Below are positions 14,001-25,100 of a stretch of DNA of 64,000 bases, piece by piece. This stretch comes from Octopus vulgaris (Eukaryota). The number at the start of each line of letters is the position of its first letter. The stretch's first letter is position 1. The stretch covers positions 69,564,001-69,628,000 of the forward strand of contig OX597814.1 in the NCBI GenBank assembly GCA_951406725.2. The letters are read 5' to 3'. The position numbers were made by a program, and so were the translations under genes. The notes beneath the pieces are model-generated. The model searched no databases. It was not told where the DNA came from and saw only the letters and a program-made list of their open reading frames with translations.

Positions 14001-17000
14001 CACACAATTTACTAAGTTCTATCTTTTCTCCATCTTTGCTAAACATAGTTTTTGCCAATTTGGTGTTTGGTTCAAATTCTAATTTAGCAAGACTGTCAAA
14101 GAGTTTTACAAGGTGAACACAAACCTGAAACAAAATATTAATATTAGGTGTGTTTTTTGTAATGATCGTAATAAAGCTTTAATAGCAGTTTTATCTGTAA
14201 TTTTATATATTAGATGTGAACAGGTTGAGAAAATTCATTTACTGAAGTTTAGAAGTTCAGAAATAGATCCAGAGACTTCCTCTGTAGACTAGTTAATTTG
14301 ACATAACATTACTGTTCATACCTATGACCTTATCAATCAAATTGTCATATTCATGTTCATATCTTCCAGTGATTAACTGTTACATTACTTCTGTAAATAT
14401 AGCAATAAAAAAATCTTTCATCCAATCTTTACTTCAGGTTCATGTACTGGAATAATTATCTCTACTATTCAATAAGAATACCATACAATCAAATGTAGAT
14501 GTGAAGTCAATTTACAATCTTCATTAAAGCATCCTTCATTACTTCTGTCACTTGTATGCAATAGGATTGAACATTAATAACCTAACACGTTGAACTTTGG
14601 TAACCATAACTACTAGAGATACAACAGTGATGCAGAAATTGCAGAAAATGTTGGTACTTACCACAACTCACTAACGAAACAAGATACAAAAGAAAGCATT
14701 GATTCAGCATACCAGAATACACAATGATCTGAATGCAAACATTATACTAGCAACCACAGTGCTATAAAACATTTTTCTCCATATATATATAATTAAGAGA
14801 AAGACTAAATCAAAATATATTATCTGGTATACTGCACCATTTCATATCTTACATAGCTACAAATATTCCTCAGAAATACTTTACTGCATAAATATTGCTA
14901 AATATTTCACACCAAGTATGGGAAATTATTTAATTGCCATAAAGTAAAATTTTTGTATCCAACCACCAGGAATTTGGCTGAAATTATTGTAGCATATAAT
15001 TAAATTAGACAGTATCTCAACACAAAATTAGTGAACTTGAGAAAAACCAATAGTGTGAATTGTGAAATTAATTCTAACGATAATTTCTCTAAACTAGATT
15101 TTGATACTTTAAGTAAAAGTTATTCTGACTGTGAAATTAATAATACCTTTAAGATAACATCAATATTGATTATAATACTGCTGATAATCCTGCCTTAACA
15201 CTTACTTTTGAGAATACTAATTCTTTTAACCATGAGTACGACATACAAGTGAATAAATACCTTATGGTTGCTAAAACAAAGTTGTTTGTCCTTTGGAGGG
15301 TTGGTGGAGGAGTATGATGTATTGGTGTAAGATCTTGGCATGGAATCATGCGTGCTGTTGCATGGATTCATCTGCTACAATTTGGATATCTAGATTATGT
15401 AATCATTCTCATTCATTTAAGTATATAAGAAAATGTAATTCTATGAATCTTAGTAAATGCATTTGGGATTTAAAAGAAGGAACATTAACTATGATTTGAA
15501 GTGGCCTATTTTTGGTTGCACACCATTGTACAATACTGGAAATTTTAAATGTGTCTTTGCCAAGGGGAGATGTTATATAATTTCTTCTAAATTAGTATTG
15601 TTGAATTGTAGAAGTAATTTTACATTGAGGTGTTCTCATAAATATAGAAGAATATTTTAATATTTCAATACTAAATACCATATTAATTGTAATTGCTTTT
15701 TCTATAATCTATCAGGTCATTCCATAAGTTCTGTCCAAATTTTGAATAAAGAAAACAAGTAATCAATGTTATATTTAATTGAAATTTAATCATCAATGTA
15801 CTTCCCTGATTATTTATGACTTCCTTCCATCTATTTACAAGCTTTTAAATCCCATCAATGTAAAATTCTTTTGGTTTCAAGGCGAAGAAATCTGAAATGT
15901 CAGTTTCGACCTCCTCTTGTTTTGCGAAAGTTATGTCCTCCAAATGATTCTGTAAACTACGAAACAAATGGTAGTCTGAAGGAGCAAGATTGGGAGAATA
16001 AGGTGGATGATGAATTTTTTCCCAACCAATCTCTTCGATCTTCTGTGATGTGATCTTTGTAGTGTGGGGTCATGCATTGTCTTGAGGAAACATGACTCAT
16101 TTTTTTGATTCACTAAAGCAGGTCGTTTTTTTCTTCAAGGCTTGGTTCAAATGCTCTAATTGCTGACAGTAGACTTGAGCATTGATTGTTGCATTAGATG
16201 GTAACAATTTAAAGTGAATTACTCCTTTGCAATCCCACCAGATAGAGAGAAGAACCTTTTTTCCCATTAAATTCCCTTCTCGGTTGTGGCTGAGCTTTTT
16301 CCCTTTTACCAAGCCACAGTTTATGACATTTAACATTTCAATAGAAGATCTATTTTTCATCACCAGTCACAAGTCTATCCAAAAAGGGTAAAATGAGATT
16401 GCGAGAATGGAGAAAAGAGTAGATGTCAACTTGGGGTTTGTGGTTGCTTTCGGACAATTCATGAGACACCCATTTTCCAAGTTGCTGAAGATGACGATGA
16501 ACAGTTGTATGGTTTGAACTAAGCTTTATTGCCAATTTTTCATCAAACTTTACTGGATGTCCTGTTCGATCTTCATCTTCAGGGCTGAAATCTCCACTTC
16601 TGAATTTTGCAAAGTATGGGACAACCTGCTGATACACAATTTTTCTAAAAAAATATTTAATAGATAGCTAATTGTCATGATGTAGAATTTCTGTTTCTAA
16701 TTGTCATGATGTAAAATTCCTGGTTATTTTTTTATTCCTTTGAATCTACTGATGTAATCAAAAGTTGTGAATGTGCAATGGCCCAGTGGTTAGGGTAGTG
16801 GACTCGCGGTCATAGGATCGCAGTTTCGATTCCCAGACTGGGCATTGTGAGTGTTTATTGAGCAAAATCACCTAAAGCTTCATGAGGCTCCAGCAGATGG
16901 TGGTGGTGAACCCTGCTGTACTCTTTCACCACAACTTTCTCTCATTCTTTCTTCCTGTTTCTGTTGTACCTGTACTTCAAAGGGTCAGCCTTGTCACACT

Positions 17001-20000
17001 TTGTGTCACGCTGAATCACCCCGAGAACTATATTAAGGGTACACATGTCTGTGGAGTTCGCAGCCACTTACACTTTAATAAATGAGCTGCAGCGTCACTG
17101 GTACAAAGCTGTATCAGCCTTTGCCTTTCCCTTGGATAACATCGGTGGCATGCTGCTTCTCTACTTTCCGATAATATAGTTACATCATCCATAAAAGCCT
17201 TTAATGGTGTCTTTGTAACAGCTTTCTCACAGTTTGTAGATCTGAGTAGCATTTCCATGACTAGCACGAATAAGATGACTGATATCGTGCATCCGGCTGC
17301 AATACCTAGTTCAAGCCATTGCCACTCCGTTGTGAACTTTCTTGCTGTAAATCTCATCCTCAGGTTGTCGTAGTATGACATGAGCATTCGTTGAACATCT
17401 TTTGGAATCTAAAAGAAGTCCATCGCTGTTTTTATTATTGCGTGCGGAACAGATCCATAAGCATTGGCAAGATCTAGCCAAACAATATACAGGTTTTTCT
17501 TCATTTGTTTTGCACAGGTGATGGCTTCCCAGATGGCAAATGCGTGTTCTATGCACCCAGGGATTCCGAGGATTCCTGCTTTTTGGATTGCTTCATTAAC
17601 ATACCCATTATGCTGTACAAATCTTATGATTCGTCTAGCAATTATTCCAAACATGATTTTCCCGTCTGTATTTAGTAGTGAAATTGGTCTAAATTGACCT
17701 AGTGTTTTTGTCTCTTTTTCTTTAGGTAGATAGATACCTTCAGCTATACACCATCGCTCCGCTACATCTTTCTTCTTCCACATTTCTCTTATCAGTGCAA
17801 ACAGCTGCAAGCGTAATTTAGGGCAATATTTATATACCTTGTAGCTCACTCCATCGTTCCCTGGTGCACTTTTTGCTCTTGCTTTTCTTATGAACTCATC
17901 CATTTCTTTCCGTTTGATGTCACTCAAATCAAATGGTACACTTGGTTCAGGTGGTTTCTTCAGTCCGTGCATTTCTGGGAGTGCTTCATTTCTGTCAGAG
18001 TCGCTGTATGTCTCTTTCAGATGCTGTTTGAGCTCTTCTTTTGTGCAATCCAATTTTCCGCTTTTACTTTCAGTAAATAGATGTTTCACATATTGATAGG
18101 GTTTGTTCACAAAGCTACAATAGTTTTTTTCTCTCTCCTTTCTTCTGCTCCTCCTTCTTTGTTTTCTTAGCAGATCTCGATGCCTCTTTTTATCTCTTCA
18201 TACAGCTGCTTTAGCCCTTCTCTTTCCTCCTCCTTCGCATCCCTCCATCTGGTTCTGAGTTTTTTCTTCTCTTCTCGAATCTTTGCGATCCACCTTTCTC
18301 TCCTCGATAGTCCGCTCTTTGCCGTTGATTCTACCTTCCCTGTTGTTTCCAGTCCAAATCTTTTCTCTCCTGGTAGATTGTATTAGTCAGGTTTTCGAGC
18401 TTTTGTTCATCGTCACCTTTGAATTTGGTGGTCATTCTTGCTACCTTGTCAAATTTTTTATAACTTGCTGCATCATTTGCTTTCGGCCACTTAATATTTG
18501 TCCTCTTCACGCCTATCAGTCTTTTTTACTGTTCCAACTCAACCGTGGAATGAACCTCGCTATGGTTATTTTCCAGGGGGTTCTGGCCACACGTCTTATG
18601 GTTTATCAACCCGCATTGTTGAATTACTTTCTTCTGACACACCTTCCCTTGGTGGATTTTCAGCCTGATGTAACTAGCAAACACCTTTCCGCAGCAGCTG
18701 AACTCTTCATCTACCATTCCTATAACGTTTCCTTTCTCATTGTCCATTTCCGGTCCAAGTCCATTTCGTTTTTTTCCATCCCTATTTGATCCTTTATTCT
18801 CCCCCCGTGGTCAGGGATCATGGGGGCATGATTTCCCATGTTTTTCGTTGCAATTTTACCCCAGATCGGGCTGCAAGCCCATTTGATCCTTCGTTACGCT
18901 GTCGTACTATCAAGCGTCTCTCCACCTTGTCATCCCTTTTTCTGGATTGTCAGCAAGTCTTTCCCTGCAGTCAGTATCTGAGGAATTACAGCTGAGTTTC
19001 GTGGTCTGCTACCACAAGAGCTCCTTTATAGGATCCAGTTAGCTCAAGACATCATCAGGAGGAACCACGTCCAGTTTCAGCCCCTACTCCTCTACCGTTT
19101 TGACATGGCGCCCCCCCCCTTTCGGAGGTGTCTTCAGCTCTGGTGTTGGGTGCATGTCTTCTTTCTTCTTTCTTCTGTTCCCTGGCCTCTTCGATGTATC
19201 GTCAGCGAGTGTCAGCTGGTGACTGATTGACTTGTCAAATTTTTCCCTATAAATACCTGCCGCTAGGCTCCAGCAGGCAGCCCCAGCAAGTTGTCACATG
19301 ACACTGTCTCACCTTAACTGACTAGTGAAGGCACGTAGTTTTAGCCCGCGCATTTTCTAAATGACCGTCACCTGTCAGTCAGCGAAGCTGATTCAGTGTC
19401 AGCTTGTCTCGCCTAATGATGTTATTTCCCACCGGCATGTTATGACTTTCAAGCCATTTTCAGTCTTCCTGCTTCAGCCATATATAGAAGCTGGCTTTTT
19501 CGACCACCTCCTGTACTCTCCTTATTAGTTTTTGCAGCTCGGAGCTAGAAAAAACAAATCTTCTTTTGAAAAGCGTCGTCATTTTCCTTTCAATGAAGCC
19601 TCTAGCCCCCACTACCAGGTGATAATATTCAACATTCCATCCCCGTTCTCTGCATTCTTCAATTAGCTTTTCGTATATCTTCTTCTTTAGTTCCTCTGCA
19701 TTGCCGATGTTCTCTTCCCAAGGTACTGTCAGTTCTAGTAAAATTCCTATTCTTCGGTCTCTGTTCCATAGGACTAAATCCGGTCTTTTTGTTGTTTTTA
19801 TTAATGGAAATATTACTTGTCTTTCCAAGTCCATGGCCACCTCCCAGTATCCCTTCCATCTTTCGTCTATCTCGTATACTTTACTTGTAGGCCTGGTTTT
19901 ATATCCTTTTTCCTCCTTGTGGAAGTATACTTTCCTGCGCTTTTCTACTTTTGGGTACTCTCCCCTATTGTACCTCTCGATCTTCTCCTTAATTACTAAA

Positions 20001-22161
20001 TATATAATTTAATTAATGAATATAGATTAAAAGATAGTCATTTCATTATTTTGTTGTTATTGTTGTTGATATTGTTATTATTATTTTTATACTTGTTATA
20101 TGTGTACTAAAATTAAAAGTATTAAGTATTATTTTTTGGGGAAATAGTTTTAGTAACGTTAAATAATTTTGAATATGTAGTAAAAATTTTATTTTTCATA
20201 TACTATTTATTTATAATAATAATATGTACTTTATTTATTCCCTTAATGAGCGAAGTATTAGATTTAAATATGAATTAATTTACTTATATCATAAGTTTAA
20301 TTTGTTAGTTAGGATATATTTTGAATATTTATTAGATATATATTTGTTATAAGTGATAGTGCAGTTTATGGTTTGTGATGGTATTTTATATATTAGTCAA
20401 CATGACTTTGTATTATATATTTTGAATTGGATTTATTTTAGATGTTTATTTAATTAATAAATATAATTACATTATAGTTTTTAAATTAACTTAGGTATAT
20501 TAGACTATGGTTATAAAATTGATACCGATTGAATTAGTACTGAGTTTATTTAGAATGGGTCCTGGGGTTGATTTGTTCAAATAAAGGTGGGGCTCCAGCG
20601 TAACCATATTTATATGAATGAAACAAATAAATTTGTATAAGAGTATTAGATAATATCAAGTAAATTGTAGTTATATAAATTAATTTAACTATGTGGTAAT
20701 TTGAGTATATTTGTATTTTATCGTAGTTAATTTTAAATTTTAGGTTTCTAGTGAATGATATCCTACAGTTTAGTGATTTTATTCTCTCTTAGAGATTTCA
20801 TTCTCTTTTTGTTAAAGCTAAAATATATTTGTAGTTTCCATTGATAAAATGTATATTTCCATCTGTTTGTTCTATTTCTTTAAGCCACGTCTTCACGAGT
20901 AGATTTATAAACGCTAAGTAATACGTTTTTCATTTTGAAATGTTTTAGTTCATAATACACCTTTTGGAGAGATAAGTATACATTTTTATTTAAGAAATAA
21001 TAATGTACTCTTTATAAGTATTGATTGATAAATATGAATTTTTATTTTTTTTTATTTGTTAATGATATTTTAGATACGTACATTTATTTAATTATTATTT
21101 TATAATTGTTATATCTGTACGTAAATTGTAAAATAGTGACAAACTAAGTTTGTCACTGTGATTTAGATTGTTAAAATGTTTTAGTGTAACTAAAGGTTCT
21201 TATTATATTTCTAGTACTATTAAATTTAATAATAATAATAATAATAATAATAAGTACTTTTTTCGCAAATAATTTTTTAAACAATAAGTTATACATTTTC
21301 AGGTTTGGAATTTTTCATTTCTTATTTTTTATTTTATAAATATTTTTGGAATGATATCTATAATATTTATTTAAGTAATAATGGAGTAATATATTTCTTT
21401 ATTTATGTTTATCGATTGAAAAAATATGGATTTCTATTTGCTATATTTGTTGATTATAATTTAGATACGTTCTTTTATATGATTTTATAATTATTATATG
21501 TGAACTAAAATCTAAGAATATTAAGTGTGATTGTTTTGTAAAATAGTTTGGTAATTAAATATTAGAGTATAGCTAGGTTAAAGATATTTTATAGTTTATT
21601 AATGTTTTTATTAAAGCTAAATTATATCTTCACAGAGAAATACATTTTTCTATCTATTTACTCTATTTTTTACCTCAAACATTCAACATGATAAATGTAT
21701 TGTAGGCAACTGGTCCTAATGTTTTAAATTTCAAATTTAATTAATGGAGTTTCTTCTATAAGAAAAATCATGATTTTATTTCTTTAAGAAATATTGTTTT
21801 ATTTTATTTGTTTATTTATTATTGTTATTATTGTTGACCTGAGGAGTGACTATAATTTTAAATTGAATTGTTTTTCGATTAAATTTAAATTTAATTGTAA
21901 TTCGAATTAAAATTATAGCCATGAAACGTACGTAGTCTTTTTGCATATTATATATTGTTTATTCTTTTTGTACTTTTTGTGATCTAGTTATATGTTTTAA
22001 AATATATTTTATTTTTTATTTATGATTTGGTTTATGTCTATCATTGTTTGAATTGCATAATAGTGTTTTTTCTCTAATTCATATATATTATATATTTATA
22101 TTGTGAAATTTGATTTAATACTAAATTGAATTTTTCCCTGTAAGTTTGGAGTTATACACCC

Positions 22162-22195
<34 letters not shown>

Positions 22196-25100
22196 TGGGA
22201 CGAGGTGGTGAGGCACGACCTTCGAACTTTGGGTCTCACCAAGGAAATGACTGGAGACCGAGACCTGTGGAGGTGTGCTGTGCATGGGAGGACCCGGCAA
22301 GACTGGTGAGAAGTCAAAATCAAACCAAATCAACATCAGTGGAAATTGCAGCTGTGGTTAAGTGAACCATCCGATCGTTTGTCTGTTGCCAGCCTCGCCT
22401 GGCCCCCGTGCCGTTGGCACATAAAAGCACCACCCGCACATGTCCGTTGCCAGCCTCGCCTGGCCCTTGTGATGGTAGCACGTAAAAACACCATCCGTTC
22501 ATGTTCGTTGCCAGCCTCGCCTGGCCCTTGTGATGGTAGCACATAAAAACACCATCCGTTCATGTCCGTTGCCAGCCTCGCCCGGCCCCCGTGCCGTTGG
22601 CACGTAAAACCACCATCCGCTCGTGTCCGTTGCCAGCCTCGCCTGGCCCCCGTGCCATTGGCACGTAAAAGCACCATCCGCTCGTGTCCGTTGCCAGCCT
22701 CGCCTGGCCCCATGCCGGTAGCACGTAAAAGCACCATCTGTTCGTGTCCGTTGCCAGCCTCGCCTGGCCCCCGTGCCGGTGGCACGTAAAAGCACCGTCC
22801 GTTCATGGCCGTTTGCCAGCTCCGTCTGGCACCTGTGCAGGTGGCACGTAAAAAGCACCCACTACACTCACGGAGTGGTTGGCGTTAGGAAGGGCATCCA
22901 GCCGTAGAAACACTGCCAAATCTGACTGGGCCTGATGAAGCCTTCCGGCTTCACAGACCCCAGTTAAACCGTCCAACCCATGCTAGCATGGAAAACGGAC
23001 GCTAAATGATGATGATGATGATATATATATATATATATATATACATACATCATCATCATTCAATGTCCATTGTTCATGCTGGTATGGGTTGGATGGTTTG
23101 ACCAGAGTTGGTAAGCTGAGGAGCTGCATTAGACTCCAGCTGGATGCCTTCCTAACACTAAACACTCCACAGAATGTGCTGGGTGCTCTTATGAGGCACT
23201 GCATGGGTGCTTTTAGATGGCACTGCACAGGAGCTTTTATGTGGCACTGCATGGGTGCTTTTACATCTCACTGTATGGGCATGTTTACATGGCACAACAC
23301 AGGTGCTTTTACATGGTATGGCATAGTTGCTTTTACATAGGGCTGCCACAAATCTTAACACTCCTGCTGCAGAATACGGGTCTTGTTGAGTATGGCCAAG
23401 CACCAGGCATCTCAGTCCTTTGTCATCTCACCCGAAAGGTTCAGTGTCTTCAGTACTCCATCCTATGTCTTCTTGGGTTTCCCACTTCCACATGATTTAT
23501 CCACTTTGAGAGATCAGCACTTCCTTATGGAGCTGTCAGCATCTATCCACATCACATGACCAAGCCAGCGAGTCTTCTCTCTTGCACACAACAACCAATT
23601 CCTCATATGCCTAACTTCTCTCTCAGAACACTAGCACTCTGTCGAATATGTATGTACACTTACATTACACATCCAACAGAGTATACTAGCCTCATTCCTT
23701 TCTAACCTTCACATGTCCTCTGCATTCAGAACGCATGTCTCACTACCATGTAGAATTTCTGTCCATACACATGCCTCATACAATCTTCCTTTCATTTGGG
23801 GAGAAAAAACCTTTCATGGCCAACAGAGTTAATAGCTCTCTGAACTTCCTCCTTCCTATTCTCATTCTAGCTATCACACTCTCCGTGCATCCTCCCCTAC
23901 TACTCATTTGGTCCCCTAGGCAGTAGAAATTATCTACTACCTCTAATGAGCCACCAGGGCATTTGAGAGAATCAATTTCCTGGATACCTAAAGTTTTTAT
24001 GGATCCTGTGCATCTTCCACATATGAAAACTATCTTTTCTGATAACCTTCCTATTAATCCACTGCATCTCTTGTGTGTCCATAGCTTATACTGGGTTCAC
24101 CATACAGAGTTCGTGCCTACACCTTTCCTATAAATTGGGTCCTGTCAGTTTTCTTGTTTACTAGGACCTTAGTCTTTGCTAAGTTAACCTTAAAGACCTT
24201 AGATTCCATGTTTTGCTTTCACACCTTGAATTTCTCATCTAGTTCTGAAATGGAATCCATATAGTAGTTCCCAGGAGCTACAAGTCTTGACTTCCTCTGT
24301 TATGGCCTGGAGGACAATGATGAAAAGGAGGGGACTAAGGACTGAGCCTTGATGAACCCCTACTTGAACACCAAATTCTCTGCTGTACTCATGGTTAACT
24401 CTCACCTTACTAACAGCATCTTTATACCTGGCCTGTGCAACTTTCACCAGCTACTCATCTATCCCTAACCTACTCAAAGCCCATCATATCACACAGTAGA
24501 GCACTCAATCGAAGGTTTTTCCGAGATCAATGAGTGCCAGGTATAATGGCTTATTCTTTTTAAGTACTTCTCTTGCAGTTGTCTGACTATGAAAATAGTG
24601 TCAGTAGTGTTTCTTACCTGGACAAAGCCTAACTGTATTTTGTATAGCCTAATTCTGCTCCTAATTAACTGAGCTATAACTCTCCATAATTTTTATCCCC
24701 TGGTTCAGGAGTTTAATGTCTCTATAATTGCTTCTATCTAATGCATCACTCTTACACTTGTAGCAGCTAACAATTATGCTGCTATGTCAGTCAGTGGGTA
24801 TTACACCTTTCTGAATGATCTGATTAACTATGCTGGTGACCAGCCTGTATCCTACCTTACTGGATATTTTGAGCATCTCAGCAATGATTCCGAATGGACC
24901 AGGGGCTTTCCTGGTTTTCATGTTTTTAATTGCCTTATCTACCATACTGCTGTCCACTAGGATAACCAGTCCCTCTGTTCACATGAGGGAAACTCTCTTT
25001 ATCCCATTCATTCTCTACACTCAGCAGTCTTGCATAATACATTTTCCACATCACTACATGCAAGCATACCTTTATTCACCCACACACACTTCCCTCCTAC

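Noticed and set aside
16745-16772. ctgatgtaatc...gtgaa as a hammerhead after the Penelope remnant (also ctgtagga...gaaac near 20745-20770, minus strand)
   Set aside because: Core is mutated and stems are not supportable.
16771-16845. tRNA gene
   Set aside because: The tRNA-like head continues into a SINE body and has no proper acceptor stem.
18990-19140. CTGATGA...GAAA and CTGAAGA...GAAA on the minus strand in the HERO spacer
   Set aside because: Stems II and III cannot be formed around the cores.
22320-22858. Overlapping repetitive ORFs (also 32781-33706 and 45077-46074)
   Set aside because: Stop-free frames of the RTE 3' UTR array or the antisense of the RTE ORF; no independent coding evidence.
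22930-22960. CTGATGA followed by a hairpin in RTE tails (also ~34094 and ~41108) as a hammerhead
   Set aside because: No GAAA after stem II and no stem III; it is simply a gaagcc/ggcttc hairpin.
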